NCBI GenBank assembly: GCA_965225985.1
Contig: OZ245330.1
Coordinates: 971,509-1,035,508, forward strand
From: a bacterium
GTDB lineage: Bacteria > UBA8248
DNA: 64,000 nt
Reading direction: 5' to 3'
A model generated the notes under the pieces. The model saw nothing but the letters and a program-made list of their open reading frames with translations. It was not told where the DNA came from and made no database searches. Shown here in pieces: positions 36,037 through 45,761 of this stretch. The number at the start of each line of letters is the position of its first letter. The first letter of the stretch is position 1. The translations under genes and the position numbers were made by a program.

Positions 36037-36507
36037 CTAGACCTCTTCGAAGTCGGCGGAATACTCGATCTGGATCCCGCGCTGAACGCTCTGGCTGGCG
36101 GGGCAGCCCTTATCGTGGACGCCCAGGGCGCGCTCGGCCTCGGGGCGCTTCCCCTTGGGGATTTTGGCCTTGTAGTGGACGCAGATTTTGGTGACGAGGG
36201 CCGTGCCGTCCACGTTCTCGATGAATCCTTCGACCTCGGCTTCGAGGAGGTCGGGTGCGCTCGGAATTTGACGCGCCTCCAGCGCGCCTCCCATGTTTCC
36301 AGTCATTCACCCGGCCACGGCGGCCACGAGATGATCCAGCGTGGCGGGCCGTTCCACCTCGGGGTTCGCCTTGTAGAATTCCTTGATCCCTCCGTGGATG
36401 CCGTAGAGGACGGGCTCGTCCGGGAAGGCCTCCAGGACGGCCCGCTTCATCCCCCTTCCCGGCTCGTTGATGATGCGCAGCTTGCTGACGTGGATTACCT
36501 CTCCCAT
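36037..36507 (-). CDS. OsmC/Ohr-family peroxiredoxin-like protein with in-frame TGA (36307..36309) at the peroxidatic cysteine position; candidate selenoprotein
   Basis: ATG 36507 (AGGAGG 7 nt upstream) then MGEVIHVSKL...NPEVERPATLDHLVAAVAG-TGA-MTGNMGG...HDKGCPASQSVQRGIQIEYSADFEEV. The two ORF-track ORFs (36307..37029 tail and 36037..36306) are in the same frame and directly abut across the TGA; the second conserved Cys (GCPAS) is present; a hairpin GGCGCGC-UGGAG-GCGCGUC starts 19 nt after UGA. Confidence 0.55.
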
Positions 36508-36614
36508 ACGGATTCCTCCTTGATGTGGGTGAGAACGGCGATTGAGAGTGCACCCCGAGACTATCACCCGCGCCGGGGCCGGCAAAAGGGAGAAAGCGAT
36601 ATCGGGCGCGCCGG

Positions 36615-37526
36615 CTAAATGATGATGAGGATGGTCCCCCCCACCGTGAGCAGGGCGCCGAGGATGAGGCGGGGGGTGATGTTTTCCCGCCCCCGCTGAA
36701 ACAGCCAGCCCATGAAGAGCGCGAAAATGGGAACCAGGGCGACGATGGCCACCACCCGGACCGCGAGGGTCCCGGAAAAGGCGGCGGTGTAGGAAGGGAA
36801 GGCGATGGCTTGCAAGAGGACGGCGAAGAGGATCCACTTCACGTTGCGGCGCGGGATGGCTTTGGCGGACTCTTTTCTGCCCAAGGTGAGCGCGAGGAGC
36901 CAGGTCGTCATTGCGCCCACCCACAGCGCCACGCTCGCGGCCGCGAACGGGTTGAAGTCGGGAGCGGCTTTTTTGAAGAAAACGCCCGCCAACCCCCAAA
37001 GGAGAGAACTCATCCCCGCGGCGAACCAACCGGACGCCCGCCCCGGCCGCTTTCCCGCCTGCCCTCCCGGAGTGTCCCTCCCCGGCTGGGTGCCGACGAC
37101 GAAGAAGATGCCGAAAATGAGGAGGCCGAGGCCGATGAGGATGAAAGCCGTCAGCGGCTCTTCGAGCCAGAAAGCCGCCAGGAAGGCGGTGACGAACGGG
37201 TAGGTGAGGGCCAACGGGACGGCGCGGCTGGGCCCGATCCGCTGGAGGGCGAAGGAGTAAAAAGTCCGCGAGAGGCCGATGTGAAGAATTCCGGCCAGGA
37301 CGAGAAAGAAGAGCGCCTCCCTTTTGGCGGGGAGGAAAGATGCGGCCGGGACCGAGAAGGCGGCGATCATGGTGACGCAGAGGGCGTCCAGGGTGGTCGC
37401 TATCGCGGTGGTCTTAATGACGGGCGCGTTTTGCAGGGCGTTCCGGATTACCAACGCGAAGGCCGCCCAGGAGATCGAAGCGAGGGTGGCGAAGAGAAGG
37501 CCCGGGATCTGGGAGGCGGGGCTCAT
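36615..37526 (-). CDS. EamA/DMT-superfamily transporter (10 TM)
   Basis: 303-aa hydrophobic ORF with duplicated EamA halves. Confidence 0.85.
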   Translation of the reverse strand: MSPASQIPGLLFATLASISWAAFALVIRNALQNAPVIKTTAIATTLDALCVTMIAAFSVPAASFLPAKREALFFLVLAGILHIGLSRTFYSFALQRIGPSRAVPLALTYPFVTAFLAAFWLEEPLTAFILIGLGLLIFGIFFVVGTQPGRDTPGGQAGKRPGRASGWFAAGMSSLLWGLAGVFFKKAAPDFNPFAAASVALWVGAMTTWLLALTLGRKESAKAIPRRNVKWILFAVLLQAIAFPSYTAAFSGTLAVRVVAIVALVPIFALFMGWLFQRGRENITPRLILGALLTVGGTILIII

Positions 37527-37686
37527 TTTCCTGTCCCGTCTCCGGCCGGCCGGATTTTCTCAAGTTCCAAGGTGAACGCTGCCCACGCTTTGGATTTCAA
37601 AGTCGGCCATGGCTGATGGAGGAGGAGAAACCGGTTTGGCGCGGAACGCACTGGAGGCCAGGGCCCGGACCGGGGACAAGCGGATG

Positions 37687-38304
37687 CTAGACGTTATGGC
37701 AGAGGACGGCCCACCAGTAATCGAAAAGGTTGACCCTTTCCTGCGCGCTCGGGATCAGCTTGTTCCTTTCGAGAAGCGCTTCGAGGTCCAGGGTGGTTTC
37801 CCAGCCGAAATTTTTGCACACCCCGTTGGTGAGCTCTTCGAAGATGGCCAGGATTCTGTTCTGGCTTTTGAAGTGGTTGATGAAGACGATACGCCCGCCG
37901 GGCTTGCACACCCGGCATATCTCGGCGACGACCTTGTTGGGGTCGGGAGCGGCGCTCATAACGTAGCACGCGGTCACACAGTCGAAGCTGTTGTCGGGAA
38001 ACTCCATCGACTGGGCGTCCATGACCCGCAGCTGAATATTGCGGAGACCGGACTCGGTCACTTTTTTTCTGGCCTTTTCGAGCATCTTCGAGGAGATGTC
38101 GATCCCCGTGATCTCTGCGTGCCGGGGGTAGAGGGGAAGCGAAAGGCCCGTACCCACGCCCACCTCCAGAAGGTGCTCACCCGGCTTGAGGTTCAGCATC
38201 TGGACCCCGACGCCGCGCCCTTCTTCGAAAATGCGCTTGAAGATAATATCGTAGATACTGCCCCATCTGTCATAAATTTTGACGACGGATTCTTCGGTCG
38301 GCAC
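37687..38304 (-). CDS. class I SAM-dependent methyltransferase (Methyltransf_11/UbiE-like)
   Basis: LEVGVGTGLSL motif I, post-I acidic residue, motif II/III. GTG at ~38304 with AAGGGG RBS preferred over the track start 38421. Confidence 0.8.
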   Translation of the reverse strand: MPTEESVVKIYDRWGSIYDIIFKRIFEEGRGVGVQMLNLKPGEHLLEVGVGTGLSLPLYPRHAEITGIDISSKMLEKARKKVTESGLRNIQLRVMDAQSMEFPDNSFDCVTACYVMSAAPDPNKVVAEICRVCKPGGRIVFINHFKSQNRILAIFEELTNGVCKNFGWETTLDLEALLERNKLIPSAQERVNLFDYWWAVLCHNV

Positions 38305-38875
38305 CTTTTTTCCCCTTAGAAGGTTTCTTGTGCGAATATTGTCTTCTAGCCGAAAATTCTCTCCTTCTTCACCCCTCCTGCCCCACCCTGTGAGAATGAG
38401 GCCTTGCCACCAATCCGGCAATTAATTCGGATTCATTATCAGTACATTCGGGCGAAGTCAATCCTCAGCCTGTGCCTAGCGCAATCCTCTTCAACATGAA
38501 ATTCTTATCCCAAATCATTATATCGTCAATTCAAGTGAATGGCAGAAATTGTATCATGTAATTTCTGATTGAAAAGCGGAGTCAACTGAAAGGATTGAAG
38601 TTATTCACCCGAGCTAAAAACCTGGACACAATCGCGCCTGCGAGAGAATTTGCGCGTTGTTGAGAAGGCCCCCTTTTTGCGGGACGGATATGTCACAGCA
38701 ATTCATCGTGGCAAAAGCGTTCTTTCCCGCTGTTGGCCGCCGGGCTCGATCCGGCGGCCGGCCGGGGGAATCCGCGATGAGAAGGTTCATCTCCCGATGC
38801 TCCGCTTCGGGGCGAGGCGGGAAGGAAAGAATTTTTCTTTGGTGAGTTTTATTATTTTTCAGGATACCTAGCCGG

Positions 38876-39850
38876 ATGGAGCTTTTTTTTCAGGGGCTTC
38901 CTCCCTGGGTGAACTTCGCTCTTTTTCTGTTTGGCGTTTTCGTCGTGACGAAGGGCGCCGGGTGGTTCACCGACGGGGCGGTGGAAATCGCCGATCACAC
39001 GGGAATTCCCAAGCTCGTGATCGGGGCCACCGTGGTCAGCGTGGCCACGACCTTCCCGGAATTTTTGGTTTCCTCCCTCGCCGCCGTATTTGAACATCCG
39101 GGGACTGCGGTCGGAAATGCAGTGGGCTCGACCATATGCAACATCGGCCTCATCATAGCCGTCGCTACGCTCATTCGGCCGATGAAATTGGATCGGAAAA
39201 ATTTATGGGCGCAGGGGTCCATGATGTGGGCGGCCGGCGCCCTGCTTATTTTTCTGGTGTGGGACGGTGTGCTGGACCGTGCCGAGGGCGCTCTCCTTCT
39301 GGCGGGCATGGCCCTTTACATGGTTTTCTCCTGGTATTTGGGACGCAGCGAGAATCGTGATATTCCCGGCTCGGCGAACGCGGGGACGTTCGCCTGGGGC
39401 CGCACCACCCTCCATTTTTCCGTCGGCGCGGCGGGGGTCCTCTCGGGGAGTTTCCTCGTCGTGCAAACCGCCGTCCCGCTCGCCCGGGCGCTCGGGGTCT
39501 CGGACCTGGTTATCGGCCTTTCCCTGGTGGCGGTGGGCACATCGCTGCCCGAGTTGGTGACGGCCATCGTTTCCTCTTTGCGCGGGCACGGGGCGCTCTC
39601 GGCCGGAAACGTCCTGGGGGCGAACGTATTAAACATCCTGTTCGTGCTGGGGGGAGCGTCGTCGATCTCCCCCCTGGCCATTGAGCAACAGACGTATCGC
39701 CTCGATTTTCCGGTCATGGTGTTTTTCATGGTGCTGGTCGTGTTGATTGGAGGGAGCCGGGGACGGCTCGGCAGAGGCGTCGCCGCTATTTTCCTCACCA
39801 TCTATGCCGTTTATCTGGTGGGAGTTTTCTCTTTGTTTTCAGCCGCCTAG
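38876..39850 (+). CDS. CaCA-family sodium/calcium exchanger (YrbG-like)
   Basis: Two alpha-repeat signatures (GIPKLVIGATVVSVATTFPE and GLSLVAVGTSLPELVTAIVS), 10 TM, 324 aa. Confidence 0.85.
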   Translation: MELFFQGLPPWVNFALFLFGVFVVTKGAGWFTDGAVEIADHTGIPKLVIGATVVSVATTFPEFLVSSLAAVFEHPGTAVGNAVGSTICNIGLIIAVATLIRPMKLDRKNLWAQGSMMWAAGALLIFLVWDGVLDRAEGALLLAGMALYMVFSWYLGRSENRDIPGSANAGTFAWGRTTLHFSVGAAGVLSGSFLVVQTAVPLARALGVSDLVIGLSLVAVGTSLPELVTAIVSSLRGHGALSAGNVLGANVLNILFVLGGASSISPLAIEQQTYRLDFPVMVFFMVLVVLIGGSRGRLGRGVAAIFLTIYAVYLVGVFSLFSAA

Positions 39851-39851
39851 C

Positions 39852-39885
39852 CGACCCGCCCGGGGGGAGGGGCGGGTTCCTTTCC
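39852..39885 (+). terminator. probable intrinsic terminator after the antiporter gene
   Basis: CCCGCCC-GGGGGGAG-GGGCGGG stem-loop followed by TTCCTTTCC. Confidence 0.4.
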
Positions 39886-39997
39886 GGCCGCCGGGAGCCG
39901 GTTCCCTTGGAATAGGATGAAAATCTTTCCCGTTTACTTGATATGGGGGATTCATTATCATGGTGATCCTCGCCCGCCGCCGGGAGGGTGACGCACG

Positions 39998-40525
39998 ATG
40001 GAGGGAATCTCCCCAGAGAAAGTCATTCCGGAAGCCCATCCCCTGGGCCGGCTCCTGAGAAAAACGACGGAGTCGGCTTTTGACACCATCGGGTTCAAAG
40101 ACGGAGAAGTGATCGAGTACGTCTGGAGGCTGCTCCTTCGCTTCGCCCATATCGACAACCTTTTCCGCAGAAGCCGGAAGACCAACAACCGCCTCGCCCA
40201 GGCGATGGATTTTTTGATCGAGGCGGAGGGGATGGACGGCTCTGTCCTGCGGGAGACAAAGCAACAAATGGGGGACGTTTGCCTTTTTTTCACTGGCCTT
40301 TATCCGGAAAACCTATCCCGGCGGAAGCTCAATCCCCGATTCTATGTGGCCCAGGGGAAGGCCGCCTATGCCCATGTCGCAGAGATTGACGCCCTGCGGC
40401 CCACCGCGAAGTTTTTCCGGAAACTCCATCACGAGTTCGAATCCTGTGTGATGGCGTTGCATTTGGAGCGGGAATTTTTGCAAGATCCGGCCTATCAGTA
40501 CATTGGTCGCCAGTTCAAAATTTAA
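39998..40525 (+). CDS. hypothetical protein (175 aa, no recognisable domain)
   Basis: Clean ORF with plausible codon usage; no motif recognised. Confidence 0.45.
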   Translation: MEGISPEKVIPEAHPLGRLLRKTTESAFDTIGFKDGEVIEYVWRLLLRFAHIDNLFRRSRKTNNRLAQAMDFLIEAEGMDGSVLRETKQQMGDVCLFFTGLYPENLSRRKLNPRFYVAQGKAAYAHVAEIDALRPTAKFFRKLHHEFESCVMALHLEREFLQDPAYQYIGRQFKI

Positions 40526-40560
40526 TCCGGGGCGTTCACCCGAAACACCAGGGGGGATTC

Positions 40561-41421
40561 ATGCACATTCGAGTAGCGGTCCGCCTATTCGCCGCCTATC
40601 TCTTCCTCTCGCTGGCGTGGGCGGCGGCGGTCACCGCGCAGGGTAAGGGCGCACGGCCGGATCCGTCCAAAGTGGTTCTGGCCGTCGTGAAAGGAAAAGA
40701 GATTACCCTCGCCGATCTCGAGGCGGAGATTAAGACTTTCCCGCCCGCCGCTCAAATTCAAATCCGGAAGAGAATGAATTCTTTCCTCGATAGCATCGTG
40801 GACACGGAGGTCCTATTTCAAGAGGCGGTCAAGAAGAAATACGACAGCCTCCCCGCCGTTCGGGAACGCCTCGGCCGGGCGAGGCGGCGGATCATTCTCG
40901 ATGAGATCATCCGCAAGGACGTGAACGAAAGAATCAAATTGACCGATACGGATCTGAAAAATTTTTTCGAACGGAATAAGGAAAAATTTGACCAGAAGGA
41001 GTCGGTCACGTTGAGCCACATCGTCGTGAAGACCGAGGAAGAGGCGAAGGCGGTTCTCGCCCAGCTACGAGTGGGCGCTCCCTTTTCCGAATTGGCCAAA
41101 AAACATTCCGTCATTGCGTCCACCCGGGAAAGCGGCGGGGTAATGGGGACCGTTGAACGGGGCGTGTTAGACAAAAATCTCGAAGAGGTGGCGTTCAGTA
41201 TGCCCATCGGCCCGGCCAGTGATCCGGTTTCCACCCCCCAGGGTTGGCAAATTATTCGGATCACAGAGAAAACCAGCGCCTCGGAAGCCAAGTTGGAAGA
41301 CGTGAAGGACGATGTCGGGCAGTTCCTCACCGAGGCGCTCCGGCGCGAGCGGTACCGGGCGCTTCTCGAAAATTTACGGAAAAGGGAAGGGGTTAAGGTC
41401 TTTCCGGAGCGAATTCCCTGA
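40561..41421 (+). CDS. parvulin-type peptidyl-prolyl cis-trans isomerase (SurA/PrsA-like), secreted
   Basis: Signal peptide; SurA_N-like helical region; PpiC domain (TLSHIVVKTEEEAKAV...GGVMGTVERG...GWQIIRI). Confidence 0.8.
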   Translation: MHIRVAVRLFAAYLFLSLAWAAAVTAQGKGARPDPSKVVLAVVKGKEITLADLEAEIKTFPPAAQIQIRKRMNSFLDSIVDTEVLFQEAVKKKYDSLPAVRERLGRARRRIILDEIIRKDVNERIKLTDTDLKNFFERNKEKFDQKESVTLSHIVVKTEEEAKAVLAQLRVGAPFSELAKKHSVIASTRESGGVMGTVERGVLDKNLEEVAFSMPIGPASDPVSTPQGWQIIRITEKTSASEAKLEDVKDDVGQFLTEALRRERYRALLENLRKREGVKVFPERIP

Positions 41422-41961
41422 CGCCTCCCCCCTGATGATCGGGAGAGCGCCCATTTTTCGGCCCCCTTTCCCTTATCGATGCTGTCTCATCCTGCAAAAA
41501 CGGCGGATGGTCGAACAATCGCAATATTAACAATTCTGTTTCGATTCCTTTCCCCAGCGGTTTCCGTGTTATCCACAATTCTTCCCAAGGATACGAACGG
41601 CCCTTTCACGGATTGTACACAACAAATTGTATTGTAGGGGCCGAAAATTTTTGACAATCCACTATATGTTGTGTTGAAATCCCCACACACGAGTGAAGAA
41701 ATTCGTAAGGGAATTCGTAAAAGTGACTACCTCTGCCATCGGGCGGGCAGGGGTAACTAGTCCGGGGACGGGGGGATCGGATCTCCCCGCCCCCGGGCGA
41801 AACTTCCGCGTCCTCCGCGAAGTGTTTCCTTATCCCCAGATTGACCCGCGAACTGCCGGGTGATGGCAAAAGCTCCCCCTCTGCCGGATGGCGCGAGATC
41901 GGCCAGGGCAGTCTCTAGGGCCCGGGTTCACATGCGGGCGGAATAACCCCCAGGAGAAGGA

Positions 41962-42516
41962 ATGAGCATCAAGTCGGACCGCTGGATCGCCCAAATGGCC
42001 AAAGACCACCGAATGATTGAGCCTTTTGCGGACAAACAGGTTCGGGACGGAACCATATCCTATGGGCTCTCCTCCTACGGGTACGATATCCGGGTGGCCG
42101 ACGAATTCATGATTTTCACCAATGTGAACAACTCCATCGTGGACCCGAAAAACTTCGACCACCGCTCCTTGGTGAAGGTCAACGGGGATGCCTGCGTGAT
42201 ACCTCCGAATTCTTTCGCCCTGGCCAAAACAGTGGAGTATTTCCGCATTCCCCGGAATGTGCTGACGATTTGCGTCGGGAAGAGCACCTACGCCCGGTGC
42301 GGAATCATCGTAAATGTGACCCCTTTCGAACCGGAATGGGAGGGATTCGCCACCCTCGAGGTCTCGAATACCACCCCCCTTCCCGCCAAGATTTATGCGA
42401 ACGAGGGCATCGCCCAGGTGCTTTTTTTCGAGAGCGATGAGGTCTGCCAGGTTTCCTACGCGGACAAAAAGGGCAAATACCAGAGCCAGACCGGCCTCAC
42501 CCTGCCCCGGCTTTAA
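41962..42516 (+). CDS. dcd: dCTP deaminase
   Basis: 184-aa ORF; ...YGYDIRV...[10 protein letters not shown]...EGF... dUTPase-fold Dcd signatures. Confidence 0.9.
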   Translation: MSIKSDRWIAQMAKDHRMIEPFADKQVRDGTISYGLSSYGYDIRVADEFMIFTNVNNSIVDPKNFDHRSLVKVNGDACVIPPNSFALAKTVEYFRIPRNVLTICVGKSTYARCGIIVNVTPFEPEWEGFATLEVSNTTPLPAKIYANEGIAQVLFFESDEVCQVSYADKKGKYQSQTGLTLPRL

Positions 42517-42789
42517 ATCGGCCCCGAAGTCCACGTCCCGCCCCTCCCGGGCCACTCTCTGATTTCCCCCGGAAAACCTCTTTTTTTTCCTCGTTCCAGC
42601 GAGCCGGAGGAGGCGCCGGCGCAATATCCTTCCAAGCCAAAGGAACTTCTCTCCAATTTTCGTTGTTACCCTATTATGGGGAGAAAAGGCTTTCCTCCTA
42701 AAAAAGGAAAGTCGGTGTATAATATTGGCGGTTTGTGGTGCATTAGATTTTTTCGTCAAAGGAATGAAATCGTTTGAGTTGGAGGAAAC

Positions 42790-43275
42790 GTGCCGAAAGG
42801 TCTCAGTCACCTGGACGAAAGAGGGCAGGCCCGGATGGTCGATGTGGGCGAAAAGCCGGAAACCGCCCGGGAGGCGATCGCCCGCGGGCGGATCGAGATG
42901 CGCCCCGAAACGCTCCGGCTGGTATTGGAGGGAGGTCTTCCGAAGGGTGACGTTTTCTCCACCGCCCGCATCGCAGGGGTGATGGGTGCGAAGCGGACCG
43001 CGGACCTCATCCCGATGTGTCATCCCGTCCGGTTGACGAGCGTGGAGATGCATTTCGAGGAGACCGCCTCGGGAGACGGTTTGGAGGTTGTGGCGACTGC
43101 TAGTGCCCGGGATCGAACCGGGGTGGAGATGGAAGCGCTGACCGCAGTTACTGTGGCTGCGCTCACCGTTTATGACATGTGCAAGGCAGTGGACAGGGAA
43201 ATTGTGATCTCCGATGTCTGTCTGGTGAAAAAAACGGGCGGGAAGAGCGGAACCTTCATCCGCCCGGAAGCTTGA
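42790..43275 (+). CDS. moaC: cyclic pyranopterin monophosphate synthase accessory protein MoaC
   Basis: 161-aa ORF; MVDVGEKPETAREA, IPMCHP, TGVEMEALTAV motifs. Confidence 0.9.
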   Translation: MPKGLSHLDERGQARMVDVGEKPETAREAIARGRIEMRPETLRLVLEGGLPKGDVFSTARIAGVMGAKRTADLIPMCHPVRLTSVEMHFEETASGDGLEVVATASARDRTGVEMEALTAVTVAALTVYDMCKAVDREIVISDVCLVKKTGGKSGTFIRPEA

Positions 43276-43335
43276 GGGATTTTTTGGGCCGCCATTATTT
43301 CATTAATTCGGCTTTGTATTCGATAGAGGTGGATC

Positions 43336-44421
43336 ATGGATCAAATGAACGGAAAACCCGTAAAGGGGCCGCCGCCCGAGGGTCTCAGCGCAGATTCCAT
43401 GGAAAGGGGAATCGGCCCCTGGGTCTGGCGAATCGGCATCGTTGCGCTTGCGGCGCTCTTCGGCGTCCAGGTCGGGGGGAAATTCCTTCCCGATAGGGCG
43501 GGCCTCGTTTTCGCCGGGGCCGCGGGGACCCTGGTCGGCTTGTTGGCCGTTATGTCGGAAGTGCGGATGGGCCGCGCGAGTCCGGGCTCCATCCTGGGGG
43601 GCACGCTGGGGTTTTTTGTGGGCCTCGCCATCTCGGTTGCCCTCTTGGCCGTGGCGGGGGCGGCAATTCCCGGGCCGGTGCGCTTGGCGGCCGGGTTGTT
43701 CTCCGGTCTGATTTTCACTTACATCGGGACGGCGGTGGGTTCGGTCCAAGGGGGCCGTATCGTTGGGAAAGGCCGGGAGGCGGAGCGCGTCTCCACCTCC
43801 CCGTGCACCAAGATTCTCGACACGAGCGTCATCATCGACGGGCGGGTGGCCGATATCTGCGAGTCGGGCTTCCTCGAAGGCACCCTTGTTCTTCCCCAGT
43901 TCGTCCTCAAGGAATTGCAGCAGATCGCCGATTCATCAGACTCGCTCAAGCGGAATCGGGGGCGGCGCGGACTGGACATACTCCGCCGGATCCAGCAAAA
44001 CCCCGATTTGGATATCCGGATAGTGGACACCGATTATCCCCGCGTCCGGGAGGTGGACACCAAGCTCGTCCTCCTGGCGAAGGAAATAGGCGCCAAGGTG
44101 ATGACGAACGACTTCAATCTCAACAAAGTGGCCGAGCTGCAGGGCGTGACAGTCCTGAACATCAACGAGCTGGCCAACGCCGTGAAGCTCGTTGTGCTCC
44201 CCGGTGAAGAGATGAACGTTTTCGTCATCAAGGAAGGGAAAGAATACGGCCAGGGCGTGGGCTATCTGGACGACGGGACAATGGTGGTTGTCGATCACGC
44301 CAAGAACCTGATCGGCCAGAATGTGGAAGTCTCCGTGACGAGCGTATTGCAGACCACCGCGGGAAGGATGATCTTCACGAAGATCAAGGACGAGGGTGAA
44401 TCGCAGCGGAACGGCAATTGA
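43336..44421 (+). CDS. PIN-domain/TRAM-domain membrane-anchored protein (YacL-like)
   Basis: N-terminal TM helices, PIN core ([12 protein letters not shown]...[14 protein letters not shown]), C-terminal TRAM-like beta domain. Precedes ispD-ispF as yacL does in Bacillus. Confidence 0.8.
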   Translation: MDQMNGKPVKGPPPEGLSADSMERGIGPWVWRIGIVALAALFGVQVGGKFLPDRAGLVFAGAAGTLVGLLAVMSEVRMGRASPGSILGGTLGFFVGLAISVALLAVAGAAIPGPVRLAAGLFSGLIFTYIGTAVGSVQGGRIVGKGREAERVSTSPCTKILDTSVIIDGRVADICESGFLEGTLVLPQFVLKELQQIADSSDSLKRNRGRRGLDILRRIQQNPDLDIRIVDTDYPRVREVDTKLVLLAKEIGAKVMTNDFNLNKVAELQGVTVLNINELANAVKLVVLPGEEMNVFVIKEGKEYGQGVGYLDDGTMVVVDHAKNLIGQNVEVSVTSVLQTTAGRMIFTKIKDEGESQRNGN

Positions 44422-44446
44422 CGCCCAAAGCCACGGTGGATTTTTC

Positions 44447-45175
44447 GTGACGCGGATTCCTCCCGCGGAAAAGGTGGGAGCGGTCGTCCCCGCCGCCGGC
44501 ACCGGAGAGCGGTTGCCCGGCCCGGTCCCCAAACAATTTCGGCATCTGGCCGGCTCACCCATGATCTGGCATACCCTGCGCCGGCTCCGCCGGGCCGAGT
44601 TGCTCCGCCTGATTGTCCTGGTGCTTCCTCCATCCGAGACGCCGAACACCGAGCTGCCCTCCGATCTGGTGGGCGTCGTGCGGGTGGCCGGGGGCGGCTC
44701 CCGCCGGCAGGATTCGGTGGCCCGCGGCCTCGCGGCCCTCCCCCCGGAGGTGGAGTGGGTGGTGGTTCATGACGGCGCGCGCCCCTTGCTTCCGCCGCCC
44801 CTCGTGGGCGCGTGCCTTCTCGCCGCCCAGGAGACCGGCGCCGCCATCGCCGCCCTGCCGGTTTCGGATACCCTGAAGCGGGCCGATGCGGAAGGCTTCT
44901 CCGAAGGGACGCTTCCCCGGGAGAAGGCCTGGCTCGCCCAGACCCCCCAGGTGGCCCGCCGCGACCTCCTCTGCCGGGCCATCGAGGCGGGCGGGCGGGC
45001 GGCATGGACGGACGAGTCGGCCATGCTCGAGTCCATCGGCGTTCGGGTAAAGCTCGTCATGGGGGCGAAGGAGAACCTGAAGATCACCACGCCCGAAGAC
45101 TTTGCGCTGGCCGAGGCGTATCTGGCGCGGGCCCCTTCGGAGGGGTTCGCCCCCCTTCCGGGAGAACCCCGGTGA
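44447..45175 (+). CDS. ispD: 2-C-methyl-D-erythritol 4-phosphate cytidylyltransferase
   Basis: AVVPAAGTGERL P-loop-like motif, ...VVVHDGARPL..., KITTPEDFALAE; probable GTG start inside the ORF-track frame 44396..45175. Confidence 0.85.
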   Translation: MTRIPPAEKVGAVVPAAGTGERLPGPVPKQFRHLAGSPMIWHTLRRLRRAELLRLIVLVLPPSETPNTELPSDLVGVVRVAGGGSRRQDSVARGLAALPPEVEWVVVHDGARPLLPPPLVGACLLAAQETGAAIAALPVSDTLKRADAEGFSEGTLPREKAWLAQTPQVARRDLLCRAIEAGGRAAWTDESAMLESIGVRVKLVMGAKENLKITTPEDFALAEAYLARAPSEGFAPLPGEPR

Positions 45176-45654
45176 TTCGGGTCGGCGTGGGGTACGACGT
45201 CCACCGCTTCGAGGGGGGGCGCCCGCTGATCCTGGGCGGGGTGCGCGTTCCCCATCATGAGGGTCTGGCCGGCCATTCGGACGCCGACGTGTTGACCCAC
45301 GCCGTTTGTGACGCGGTGCTCGGGGCGGCCGCCCTCGGCGACATCGGCGCGGTGTTTCCCGACACGGATGAGCAGTACAAAGGGGCGGATAGCCTTCGCC
45401 TGCTCGAAGAAGTGGTGGCCATGGCGGCCGCGAAGGGGCTCCGCCCCCACAACGTGGACGCGGTCGTGGTGGCCGAGCAGCCGCGGCTGGCCCCCTACCT
45501 CGGAGAAATGCGGGAGCGCCTCGCGCCGGTGCTCGGGCTTCCGACCGAGGTGGTCAGCGTCAAGGCGACGACGAGCGAAGGGCTGGGATTCACCGGCCGG
45601 GAGGAGGGGATCGCCGCCCAGGCCGTATGCACCCTCCGGGAAGGGGCGCCTTGA
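45172..45654 (+). CDS. ispF: 2-C-methyl-D-erythritol 2,4-cyclodiphosphate synthase
   Basis: MIRVGVGYDVHRF...HSDADVLTHA...GDIG... GTG start overlapping the ispD stop by 4 nt. Confidence 0.9.
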   Translation: MIRVGVGYDVHRFEGGRPLILGGVRVPHHEGLAGHSDADVLTHAVCDAVLGAAALGDIGAVFPDTDEQYKGADSLRLLEEVVAMAAAKGLRPHNVDAVVVAEQPRLAPYLGEMRERLAPVLGLPTEVVSVKATTSEGLGFTGREEGIAAQAVCTLREGAP

Positions 45655-45761
45655 CGCCGTTTTGACCGGCGTGACAAAGTCGACGATCGAGAATCTGCGA
45701 TTCAAAACCGTGTTTCCGCCAGCCTGATCAGACCCCGCATTCCCTTGCTGGAGAAAATGGC

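Noticed and set aside
35990-36510. 1-nt disagreement between the printed sequence and the ORF-track translation near 35998-36003 (printed ...aaacggccttcgg..., track implies ...aaacggcttcgg...), with my line-based coordinates running +1 until about 36500
   Set aside because: Technical display inconsistency, not biology. Coordinates for the OsmC-like gene and its TGA are given per the ORF track, and the in-frame TGA-ATG junction is supported by the track itself.
38650-38871. 73-aa ORF (and a 21-codon hydrophobic mini-ORF at ~38507) in the AT-rich intergenic region before the CaCA gene
   Set aside because: No RBS, atypical composition, lies in a probable promoter region. Treated as non-coding.
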